DNA from: a virus
IMG/VR virus record: IMGVR_UViG_3300017440_000003
Location: 1-42,227 of that record
DNA length: 42,227 nt
Strand: one strand, 5' to 3'
The notes beneath the pieces are model-generated. The model was not told the origin of the DNA and made no database searches. It was given only the letters and a program-made list of their open reading frames with translations. A program made the position numbers and the translations under genes. This document shows, one piece after another, positions 17,313-24,318 of this stretch. Each line of letters starts with the position of its first letter. Positions within the stretch are counted from its first letter, which is position 1.

Positions 17313-18926
17313 ATGCGTTACCTATTCGTTGCCGCGCTTCTCGCTGCTTGGTCAACCCCCGCCACAGCCCAATCCATCACCGGCTGCGGCACGGTGGCAA
17401 TCCCCAAGGCGCAGGCCAGTGATGCCGACAAGCTGAAGACGGGTGCCGATTGTTTCGCCAAAGCTGAAGCCGTGGCGGCAGGCGCCAAGCAGGCGCGTCT
17501 CGATCGCGCCGCCACGCTGATACCGCGTATGAAGCTGGGCATCAACGTCGCGGGTATCGCTTATTGGTCCGCAGAACAGACCTTCGCAAATCAGGCAACC
17601 GTCCTCGAATGGCGCGACCCTGCTGGTGGCTGGGGCTACGTTGCGGCAGACCGGCTACGCAATGGCACGCCGATGGCGATCGAGCCGGGTCGCGGCCTGC
17701 TCGCCTTCCTGACCCCGCCCGCTGCCGCCTTCCGTGGTGAAGGCCCGACGACCCGCTGCACTTGGGCCGGCAAGGGATCGGTATCGATCGCCAGCGCCGG
17801 CCGGATCGTCAGCAGCGGTGCTGGCACGATCACCTTCGAATGGCCGAAGACCAAGGCCCCGATGCAGACGGTGACGGTCAATCTCGGCGCCACCGACGCC
17901 AGCGATCCGATCCGCGATATCGACTGCCGCGAGCCGGACGAGAAGGGCGTCTTCTCGACGCAGCTGCTGGACTACCTCAAGCCCTACGGCGTGCTGCGCT
18001 TCCTCGACTGGACGACCGCCAACGGCAATCCGAAGTCGGTCACCTGGGCGACGCGCGGCACAGCCGGGGTCAATGCCACCGGCGGCAGCGATGGGACCGC
18101 GCTGGAGTATCAGATCGGGCTGGCCAATGCGATCGGCGCCTCACCATGGCTGACGCTGCCGTGGAATGCAGACGATGACTATCACCGCCGCGCGGCCACG
18201 CTGGTGAAGGCTGGCATCCCGCCCGGGCGGCAGGTCTATGTGGAAGTCGCGAACGAGGTCTGGAACTGGCAGTTCGGTGCGGCACAACAGGCACGCGACG
18301 AAGGCGTTGCCGCGAAACTGGCCGACACACCCTTCCAGGCCGGTCTGCACCGCTATGCGCAGAAGACTATCCAGGTCATGAAGATATGGGCGGAGGTCTT
18401 CGCCGATCGACCGGGCCAGCTGGTGCGGGTGGCCGCGACCCAGAATGATAATCCGTGGACTGCGGAGGTCGTGCTGGCTTTCCCCAGCCTCGCGGCGAAC
18501 GTCGACGCGCTGGCGACCGCCCCTTACTTCGGCCATGGGTTCTTCGACGCCAATCCGACCGAGACGGACGTGGCCAAGCTGATGGCGACGCTCGCCGGCT
18601 ATGCGAAGGGCGTCGTGTCGGGTCCGGTCACGCAGAACGCCGCCATCGCGAAGAAGTATGGGAAGCGGTTTATTGCCTACGAGGCGGGGCAGCACGTCGT
18701 CGGGCCGGACCGCCTGCCGCTCGTCACGCTGATGCAGCGGTCACCGCTGATGGAACCGATCTATCGCGCTTTCATCGCGGACATGGCGAGCAAGACCGAT
18801 CTGCTGACGCTCTACGCCGCCACGGGACCGATCAGCCAGTATGGTGCTTGGGGGCTGCGGGAGTATGCGGGCCAGCTGATCGCGGAGACGCCTAAGCTGC
18901 GGGGGGTGGTGACCGCCCCGCATTGA
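17313..18926 (+). CDS. Sec-secreted glycoside-hydrolase-like protein (TIM-barrel clan GH-A-type NE motif)
   Basis: 537 aa. Signal peptide MRYLFVAALLAAWSTPATA|QS. LRFLDWTTANGN and VYVEVANEVWNWQF resemble GH-A acid/base strand motifs. Last gene of the late block. Confidence 0.5.
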   Translation: MRYLFVAALLAAWSTPATAQSITGCGTVAIPKAQASDADKLKTGADCFAKAEAVAAGAKQARLDRAATLIPRMKLGINVAGIAYWSAEQTFANQATVLEWRDPAGGWGYVAADRLRNGTPMAIEPGRGLLAFLTPPAAAFRGEGPTTRCTWAGKGSVSIASAGRIVSSGAGTITFEWPKTKAPMQTVTVNLGATDASDPIRDIDCREPDEKGVFSTQLLDYLKPYGVLRFLDWTTANGNPKSVTWATRGTAGVNATGGSDGTALEYQIGLANAIGASPWLTLPWNADDDYHRRAATLVKAGIPPGRQVYVEVANEVWNWQFGAAQQARDEGVAAKLADTPFQAGLHRYAQKTIQVMKIWAEVFADRPGQLVRVAATQNDNPWTAEVVLAFPSLAANVDALATAPYFGHGFFDANPTETDVAKLMATLAGYAKGVVSGPVTQNAAIAKKYGKRFIAYEAGQHVVGPDRLPLVTLMQRSPLMEPIYRAFIADMASKTDLLTLYAATGPISQYGAWGLREYAGQLIAETPKLRGVVTAPH

Positions 18927-18946
18927 TCCGCGAAAGCACGAAGGGG

Positions 18947-19201
18947 TCAGGCGGGGGTGTCGGCAGCGAGAAAAGCCAGCGTGGCTTTTGCGCGATCCAT
19001 GCGAGCCTGCATAGCTGTGATGCGGAATATCGCGCCCATGGAGATGCTGAAGCAGACCACGCTTAGCCATGGGGCATCGCCTATCATGGCGAACGGGGCG
19101 AGACAGAGCGCAACAAAGCCGATCCACCACGCGCGCTGCCGGGCAATCATAGCCGAGCGATGCGTTTCCCCTGCTTCCCTCGCTATCGCTTCCGGTGTCA
19201 C
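18947..19201 (-). CDS. small membrane protein
   Basis: 84 aa with two hydrophobic helices. ATGA-coupled to the upstream gene. Last gene of the leftward operon, 20 bp from the convergent late-operon stop. Confidence 0.5.
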   Translation of the reverse strand: MTPEAIAREAGETHRSAMIARQRAWWIGFVALCLAPFAMIGDAPWLSVVCFSISMGAIFRITAMQARMDRAKATLAFLAADTPA

Positions 19202-19410
19202 CTCCCCACCCCCTTATCCGATGGCTCAAGGGCGGCGCGGGACGGTTCGTCATAATTGAACCACAGGACGCCAGACCCGCCACAGGCGTAACATTCCCAG
19301 TCATAGGGGTTTCTGCTTCTTCCTGTGCCTTTGCAGTGTCGGCAGTAATTGTCCGCCACCAGCGCGGCGTCGTCGGGGGGCTGGGTCATGCGGTCAGTAG
19401 GAGACGCCAT
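19198..19410 (-). CDS. DnaJ-type CxxCxGxG zinc-finger mini-protein
   Basis: ORF-track 19198..19494 trimmed to ATG 19410, 6 nt after GAAGGAGG. 70 aa with CRHCKGTG and CYACGGSG. Overlaps the upstream gene by 17 nt. Confidence 0.6.
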   Translation of the reverse strand: MASPTDRMTQPPDDAALVADNYCRHCKGTGRSRNPYDWECYACGGSGVLWFNYDEPSRAALEPSDKGVGR

Positions 19411-19654
19411 CTGCCACCTCCTTCGGCAATGCGACGGACTGGCATTTGAAGCCGGCCTTCTGCATTGCGCGCCACAATTCGCCAGACGCACCAAAGGAGT
19501 AACCAGCGAAGTCGACGCCGGGAAACCATTCGACAGGCAAGAATGACCGGATGGCGTTTGCGATGGCGTGCCGCTCTGCCACGCTGGTCTGCGTCCGCTC
19601 CATCACTTTGCCGTCTGGCCATGTGACGAAGAATATCTCGGTAGCTTTCGTCAT
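19394..19654 (-). CDS. hypothetical protein (86 aa)
   Basis: Intact ORF in the leftward operon with high GC3. No motif recognised. Confidence 0.6.
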   Translation of the reverse strand: MTKATEIFFVTWPDGKVMERTQTSVAERHAIANAIRSFLPVEWFPGVDFAGYSFGASGELWRAMQKAGFKCQSVALPKEVADGVSY

Positions 19655-19664
19655 CGTCTATCTC

Positions 19665-19925
19665 TCACACAGGAGGATGGAGGGGGTCAGGGATAGAGTG
19701 GCGGGCATCCCGATCACCTTCGCTGGCGATGCATTCCGCCCAAGCAGCGACGGCTAGGCTCAGACGGTGCAGGCCGTCGTAATCGTGGATCACCCGGATA
19801 GCCGCCTCAGCAAGCTGGCCACCCGCCTTGCGCATCTTCGCTTGGTCACGTGCCATCATCTCGACCATGCCCTGCTCCGGCCCCTCCCCCATCCGTGGGG
19901 GATTATTCAGGGGGCGGGTCACCAC
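19665..19925 (-). CDS. hypothetical protein (86 aa)
   Basis: GTG start 19925 overlaps the stop of the upstream 42-aa gene (GTGGTGA). Confidence 0.5.
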   Translation of the reverse strand: MVTRPLNNPPRMGEGPEQGMVEMMARDQAKMRKAGGQLAEAAIRVIHDYDGLHRLSLAVAAWAECIASEGDRDARHSIPDPLHPPV

Positions 19926-20047
19926 GGCCGGATTGTTTCAGTGCAGCCGCGAGGAGTGCAGTGCATCGGTCCGATCGGCAGCTTCGGCTTGGCCGCTTCG
20001 GCGGTGATCGGCGTCAGCAGCAGCGCCAAGGTAATGATCTTCTTCAT
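19919..20047 (-). CDS. 42-aa secreted peptide precursor (MKKIITLALLLTPITAEAAKPKLPIGPMHCTPRGCTETIRPW)
   Basis: Translated by hand from the reverse complement. ATG 20047 lies 9 nt after GGAAGGA. Sec-type signal (n-h-c, AEA|A), two Cys in the mature part, high GC3. Below the ORF-track cut-off. Confidence 0.5.
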   Translation of the reverse strand: MKKIITLALLLTPITAEAAKPKLPIGPMHCTPRGCTETIRPW

Positions 20048-20086
20048 GTGATATTCCTTCCATAGATTTGTGTTGTTTGTCACCCA

Positions 20087-20371
20087 TCATTTCCCCCTCT
20101 GGCGGATGGCGGTGGCAAGGTGAATACGCAGGTCGATCAGGTCCATGCGCGACCATCCGATCTTATCCCACGTCTCGACCACCTTCGCCGCCTCCTCCCG
20201 CCCGGCTGCCACGCCTGCGGGATAAGCGATGGCGATGGCGGATTGAGCGTCGCCCACCCAAGCGTCCCACATTTCATCGCGCTCGGCATCGGTCAGCCTG
20301 GGATAGCGCCATGCTACCATCGCCCGCGCCACTTTCTCCACCAGCGCGTCGTCCACCATCGCCTCAGTCAT
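20087..20371 (-). CDS. hypothetical protein (94 aa)
   Basis: ORF-track 20087..20401 trimmed to ATG 20371 (MTEAMVDD...), preceded by AAGGAA. Overlaps the upstream stop by 8 nt. Confidence 0.55.
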   Translation of the reverse strand: MTEAMVDDALVEKVARAMVAWRYPRLTDAERDEMWDAWVGDAQSAIAIAYPAGVAAGREEAAKVVETWDKIGWSRMDLIDLRIHLATAIRQRGK

Positions 20372-20717
20372 GGGTATTTCCTTGGATGTGGGCGGCACCA
20401 CGGCGGCAGATCAGAGCCAGCCGCTGCTCCGCCGCGACCAGATCGGCCTTTGCTTCTGCGACCATGCGGCTGGCTTCGGCGCGGACCGCAGATATCGGGA
20501 ATGGCTCGGTCGTCCGATGCGACTTTGGGCGCTCCGGCTCGTAGTGGGTCGATGCCTCGTCGCGTGTGAAAAGCCCGGCCTGTAGCGGGTCCGCTGTGTA
20601 CCCTTGGCTATTGGCGCGATACCAGCAGTTCCACTTATTCGACCAGATCATCCACAGGGCATCGCTGCTTTCCATGCGACGCTTGTACGAGCCCGCAGGC
20701 TTCTTCCCTCTCCTCAC
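20364..20717 (-). CDS. hypothetical protein (117 aa), Trp-rich
   Basis: ATGA-coupled to the upstream gene. Contains WMIWSNKWNCWYRANSQGYT. Confidence 0.55.
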   Translation of the reverse strand: MRRGKKPAGSYKRRMESSDALWMIWSNKWNCWYRANSQGYTADPLQAGLFTRDEASTHYEPERPKSHRTTEPFPISAVRAEASRMVAEAKADLVAAEQRLALICRRGAAHIQGNTHD

Positions 20718-21718
20718 GCCCGCCCTCCATCGCCGGGCTGGGTGGCGAGGGCTGGCTTGATTTGCAACACGCCTTGCGCGGCACCTTCGACGAAGGCGAG
20801 GTGCATCTGCGCTGCCAACTTCTCACGAAAGCGGTCCATGATGCCCTGTGACGCATGCTTCTCGAAGACTGACGCGATAGCATTCATCATCCTCTGAACG
20901 CCGGCACTTTCCGCCCATTGGTCAGCAGCTTTGTCCAAGGCGTCAAAATCGCCAGCCTCGACAGCGGCGACCAACTGCGTGACCCGCTCCCCCGCCCCAT
21001 CGCTGCCGATCCCCACATCCGGTGGCGTCTGTGGGGGTGCCTTGGGGGTGAGGCGCTCGGACAGGCGAAGCGCGATCAGGTCAGTCCAGTGCCCCGGCGA
21101 GTAGAAAAGCACGGTCCCGCGCCCGTGCCTCATGTCGGACGGGTGAGAGCCTGCATCGTCGCAGATTTCGCCCCAAGCGTCCTGCATGACCTCGCCAAGC
21201 ATCGTCGCATCCACCATCTCGGCGGGTATCTCCCCCGGCCCCGCATCCGGTGGCGTCGGGGCGGCGGAGAGGGCAATCGACCCCATGTAAATCGTAGTTT
21301 CGCAGCCCGGCTTGGCTTCACGCTCGGCAATCGCGGCTGCGCTCGCTTCGTCGGCGGTCGGGAAGGTGCCGACCAGCCATTGACTGCCAGTGAGTTCGCT
21401 GTGCGTGTCGGCCATCACGCAATAGACCAGCGCGGTTGCCCCCGCCGGCACCGCCCCCGCCTGTTCGGGCGGTCGCTGGGTGAGGGCTGCGGCGGCCTCT
21501 CGCAGGATGCCCTTGTCGGAGGCCGTCAGCGGTCCACCATCCTCGCGGATGCGATCAAGCCGCCACGCCAACCCATTCCCCTCGCGCGGCTGGCTGGCCG
21601 CTTCGGTGAGGGCGAGCAGTCGCCGTGCTTCTGCGACATCGCTCGGTGCAAGGTAGCAGTGCTTCACACCAAGGCGGGCGATCAGCGCCTCCCTTACGGC
21701 GTCCGTTGCGGGGGTCAT
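20714..21718 (-). CDS. hypothetical protein (334 aa)
   Basis: Largest gene of the leftward operon, ATGA-coupled at both ends. No integrase, repressor or nuclease motif recognised. Confidence 0.65.
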   Translation of the reverse strand: MTPATDAVREALIARLGVKHCYLAPSDVAEARRLLALTEAASQPREGNGLAWRLDRIREDGGPLTASDKGILREAAAALTQRPPEQAGAVPAGATALVYCVMADTHSELTGSQWLVGTFPTADEASAAAIAEREAKPGCETTIYMGSIALSAAPTPPDAGPGEIPAEMVDATMLGEVMQDAWGEICDDAGSHPSDMRHGRGTVLFYSPGHWTDLIALRLSERLTPKAPPQTPPDVGIGSDGAGERVTQLVAAVEAGDFDALDKAADQWAESAGVQRMMNAIASVFEKHASQGIMDRFREKLAAQMHLAFVEGAAQGVLQIKPALATQPGDGGRA

Positions 21719-22059
21719 CGTGCCGACTCCTGTAGGGCGGCGGACAGCAGATAGTGCAGCTTGTGCTCCTCGCCCGGCTCTAATCCGTCGACCACGACCT
21801 TCATACGACCAGCGCCATTTGGACCACTCGCTAGTCCTGTCGCAGTCCGCAGCGCCTCCCGCATCCTCTCACCGCTATCTGGCGATGGGGTGCGGGTGTT
21901 CCAGGCGGTGATGGCAGCTTCTCGGGACAAGCTACTGTGCGGCCCGGCATCGCAGAACTTGCACGAAACCTTATGCAGCGAAGACATGTTCGCAAGCCGA
22001 TGTAGCATCGGCTCTTTTCCACAAAACGGGCACGGCAGTAGCGTCACATCATCCGACAT
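21715..22059 (-). CDS. lar: Lar-family restriction-alleviation-like protein
   Basis: ORF-track 21715..22143 trimmed to ATG 22059, preceded by GGGGAGG. LLPCPFCG...CKFC...EAAITAWNTR matches the Lar zinc-ribbon pattern. Carries a ~50-aa C-terminal extension. Confidence 0.65.
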   Translation of the reverse strand: MSDDVTLLPCPFCGKEPMLHRLANMSSLHKVSCKFCDAGPHSSLSREAAITAWNTRTPSPDSGERMREALRTATGLASGPNGAGRMKVVVDGLEPGEEHKLHYLLSAALQESAR

Positions 22060-22315
22060 TGCTCGCCTCCCCTTCCATGTCATTGGACTGACGGGCGGCG
22101 GATGCTGCCACGAGGGCATGGAGGCTTTGCGCCGTGGCGGCATATCGAGCGAAGGCAGCAGCAGTCTTCTCCGCGCCTGCCCATCTGCCGGTGCGGGCGG
22201 GGTCGCGCATGATGCCCGCGGACATCTCCAGACCGCGGTACAGCCTGTGTAGCTCGGGCAGCAAATTCTCCGGGACGGCTATTGTATGCTTGGCTACGGT
22301 ATGAGGCGCGGTCAT
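22049..22315 (-). CDS. hypothetical protein (88 aa)
   Basis: C-terminal part of ORF-track 22049..22714, starting at ATG 22315, which overlaps the upstream stop as ATGA. Confidence 0.5.
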   Translation of the reverse strand: MTAPHTVAKHTIAVPENLLPELHRLYRGLEMSAGIMRDPARTGRWAGAEKTAAAFARYAATAQSLHALVAASAARQSNDMEGEASNVG

Positions 22316-22497
22316 GCGAAGTGACCTGCGATGATGGGGGCAAGCATAGCGACCACCACCAGTGCCGCGCCGACAAGCGCGCTCTTGGTGATGACGTTCG
22401 AAATGGTCCGCGCATGGCGGCGGTAGGGTTGCATCGGTTCGATATCCTCTCTCAGATATACGGGCATGTTGCTGCGGTGGATACGGGGTTCCATCAC
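22312..22497 (-). CDS. tail-anchored small membrane protein (61 aa)
   Basis: C-terminal helix ALVGAALVVVAMLAPIIAG. ATGA overlaps at both ends. Confidence 0.5.
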   Translation of the reverse strand: MMEPRIHRSNMPVYLREDIEPMQPYRRHARTISNVITKSALVGAALVVVAMLAPIIAGHFA

Positions 22498-22724
22498 ATA
22501 CTCCTGTCTGAACGCTGTTCGCAGGCATGATCGTAGCAGCAGTTGCCAAGTGGCGTAGAATAGCGCGCCTTAGTTCGGCAGCCGGGACGTGTGCAAAATC
22601 CATTGTCGATAGGCTGTTGGAAGGATGCACAGCCGATATGGCGCGGCTTAGTCCACCGTGGCAGCGTTCGAATGCCATCACGATCCATCTGTTCGGCAGC
22701 CCGGCGATTTGCATAGCGCGCCAT
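22494..22724 (-). CDS. Cys-rich small protein (76 aa)
   Basis: ORF-track 22494..22760 trimmed to ATG 22724 (TGATG overlap). Six Cys, possibly a zinc ribbon. Confidence 0.5.
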   Translation of the reverse strand: MARYANRRAAEQMDRDGIRTLPRWTKPRHIGCASFQQPIDNGFCTRPGCRTKARYSTPLGNCCYDHACEQRSDRSM

Positions 22725-22978
22725 CAGTAACCCACCCCCATACCACAAGGCGAAACCCACGCCGGCTCCAACATCGACACTTCCGGTCCATGCAGCGCGT
22801 CGTTCTCGGCGGCGGCTTGGTCGATGGCGTCGCGGTGGAGTGCGTCAAGGGTGTCGTCGAGATGGTCGGTAAGAACGTACGACAGGGCGCCCCACGCCTT
22901 CCCTGCCGCCACCTCCTGCATGATCTCGATCTGCTGGATGGTGGGGAGGGCGGCGATTTGGGTTGCTAGGGGGGTCAT
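22724..22978 (-). CDS. hypothetical protein (84 aa)
   Basis: ORF-track 22724..23038 trimmed to ATG 22978 (ATGA overlap with the upstream gene). Confidence 0.5.
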   Translation of the reverse strand: MTPLATQIAALPTIQQIEIMQEVAAGKAWGALSYVLTDHLDDTLDALHRDAIDQAAAENDALHGPEVSMLEPAWVSPCGMGVGY

Positions 22979-23181
22979 GCGGACACCAGCGCATGACCTT
23001 CGCGGATCAGCGGCGCGACGCGCGTTGGCGGCTCCCAAGCGTATTCGCGTTTTTGCTCATCTGCCCATTTTCGGCGATATGACTTCGCCCCCTTCTCGGT
23101 CTTCCACATATGACCAGAACGGCACTGACGCCATCCATCGGTGTAGGTGTAATACTCCACGATGAATCCCTCGGGTTTCAT
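22975..23181 (-). CDS. hypothetical protein (68 aa), first gene of the leftward operon
   Basis: ORF-track 22975..23250 trimmed to ATG 23181, preceded by GGAGAT. The upstream extension would run through the operator region. Confidence 0.55.
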   Translation of the reverse strand: MKPEGFIVEYYTYTDGWRQCRSGHMWKTEKGAKSYRRKWADEQKREYAWEPPTRVAPLIREGHALVSA

Positions 23182-23221
23182 GTTTATATCTCCACGCCGC
23201 TTCGGTGCGGCTATGGGGTGG

Positions 23222-23250
23222 GTTATGAAGCGCAGTTTGTGCGCTGTCAA
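23222..23250 (-). promoter_or_regulatory. Putative leftward early promoter (TTGACA-N17-CATAAC)
   Basis: Read on the minus strand: -35 at 23250-23245, -10 at 23227-23222, about 45-nt leader to ATG 23181. Confidence 0.45.
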
Positions 23251-23255
23251 CGCAC
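23239..23255. promoter_or_regulatory. Operator-like palindrome O1 GTGCGC-TGTCA-ACGCAC
   Basis: 6-5-6 inverted repeat (5/6 arm match) overlapping the leftward -35 box. Confidence 0.55.
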
Positions 23256-23258
23256 ATT

Positions 23259-23275
23259 ATGCGCTTGACGCGCAT
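23259..23275. promoter_or_regulatory. Operator-like palindrome O2 ATGCGC-TTGAC-GCGCAT
   Basis: Perfect 6-5-6 inverted repeat overlapping the rightward -35 box. Its centre is 20 bp from the O1 centre. Confidence 0.6.
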
Positions 23276-23293
23276 ATTTTCCATAGCGCATAT
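23265..23293 (+). promoter_or_regulatory. Putative rightward early promoter (TTGACG-N17-GCATAT), likely leaderless transcript
   Basis: -35 at 23265-23270, -10-like at 23288-23293. ATG 23301 follows within ~8 nt and has no SD. Confidence 0.4.
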
Positions 23294-23300
23294 AGCCGCC

Positions 23301-23531
23301 ATGACTGACAAGCACCCACACGCTGCGGCGATCGATGCGGTAGGCGAAACGCTTATCCGTGGCCATTACAACCTTAGCAAGCGAGGCTGGCAGAACTGGC
23401 GGAAGTACGGCGTGCCGCGCATCCACTGGAAGAGCCTGGACCTGCTGGCGCAGACAAAGGGCAAGCCCTTGCCTCGCCTTAGTGGTCCCGTTGCCCGCAA
23501 CACCCCCGCCCTCCATGTGGAGGTGTTGTGA
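23301..23531 (+). CDS. Cro/YdaS-like HTH DNA-binding protein
   Basis: ORF-track 23259..23531 trimmed to ATG 23301 (MTDKHPHAAAIDAVG...). The pattern ...LSKRGWQNWRKYGVPRIHW resembles YdaS/Cro-type small regulators. First rightward gene. Confidence 0.55.
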   Translation: MTDKHPHAAAIDAVGETLIRGHYNLSKRGWQNWRKYGVPRIHWKSLDLLAQTKGKPLPRLSGPVARNTPALHVEVL

Positions 23532-23791
23532 CCCTGTTTGGTCAAATCCCCCCAATCCCCTGCGAACACTGCGGCGTGCCAGCGACGTACAAGGTACGCG
23601 AGGAGCTGCAATCGCCTTATCTAGGCTGCTATCAGGCATTCATCGCGCGCATCGCCGCCCTGCACCCCGACACGCCGATCTACCAAGATGACCTGAACCG
23701 CTGGGCCGCAGAGATTGCAGACGAGAACCCGGCCGCTGTCGGTGCGGTGGCCGTCAACACAACCATCTATGGACGAGAGGACGAACTGTGA
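23528..23791 (+). CDS. hypothetical protein (87 aa)
   Basis: GTG start overlapping the upstream stop. Contains a CEHCG motif. Confidence 0.5.
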   Translation: MTLFGQIPPIPCEHCGVPATYKVREELQSPYLGCYQAFIARIAALHPDTPIYQDDLNRWAAEIADENPAAVGAVAVNTTIYGREDEL

Positions 23792-24318
23792 CCATCCCCG
23801 ACGACTTCGCCGCCAACTGGCAGATCATGACCCGCGAGGAACTGGCAGGCCATTATGGCATCGCTGTGCAGAACGTGTCCAAGATATGCCACAAGCTCGG
23901 TTTGAAGCGGTCGCGCACACCGCGGCCTGTTCCCGAAAACTTTGCGGACGTTGCGCAACTGTCGGAGCGCGTGCTGCGGGCACGCTTCAGTTGCGGCGTG
24001 AACACCATCCGTCGGTGGCGCCGCGAACTGGACATTTCGGCACGCCGCGTGCCGGAGCGGGAGCCTACCGCGCTTCGCATCGGTGTGGAGGACAAGAGCG
24101 CGGCACTGGCGGCGAAATACCTCCAGCGCACCCGGCCCGTCTATCGGTGCGATGCTGATGGACGCTTTGGCGGCAGCAACTATTGGCGTTGCGGGCGCGA
24201 GGTTCTGGCCGATGCCGGCTTGGTCGAAAAGGCCAAGTCGCTGGGGTGGGATGCTGGGGAGTGGCGGAGGGTGGTTCCTGCCCACCTCAACACCATCGCA
24301 CAGGGGGGAGTGGCGTGA
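23788..24318 (+). CDS. DNA-binding protein with two HTH-like segments (first one GcrA-like)
   Basis: 176 aa. REELAGHYGIAVQNVSKICHKLGLKRSR resembles the GcrA N-terminal HTH pattern. The second segment is FSCGVNTIRRWRRELDIS. Confidence 0.4.
   Translation: MTIPDDFAANWQIMTREELAGHYGIAVQNVSKICHKLGLKRSRTPRPVPENFADVAQLSERVLRARFSCGVNTIRRWRRELDISARRVPEREPTALRIGVEDKSAALAAKYLQRTRPVYRCDADGRFGGSNYWRCGREVLADAGLVEKAKSLGWDAGEWRRVVPAHLNTIAQGGVA

Noticed and set aside
19938-20156. 72-aa minus-strand ORF from the ORF track
   Set aside because: Its product is His/Asp/Arg-rich and implausible. A different frame in the same interval gives the SD-preceded, codon-typical 42-aa signal-peptide gene (19919..20047), and the downstream part overlaps gene 20087..20371.
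22049-22714. 221-aa minus-strand ORF taken at full length
   Set aside because: Its N-terminal two-thirds overlap two other frames that carry ATGA-coupled genes (22312..22497 and 22494..22724). Only the C-terminal 88 aa, from the ATGA-coupled ATG 22315, are kept.
18947-23300. Lysogeny module (integrase, CI repressor, attP) next to the divergent promoters
   Set aside because: None of the leftward ORFs shows tyrosine or serine recombinase motifs, or an HTH plus S24 peptidase. The largest (334 aa) has no recombinase catalytic pattern, and no partition genes are present. The phage is treated as probably non-integrating, though this is unproven.
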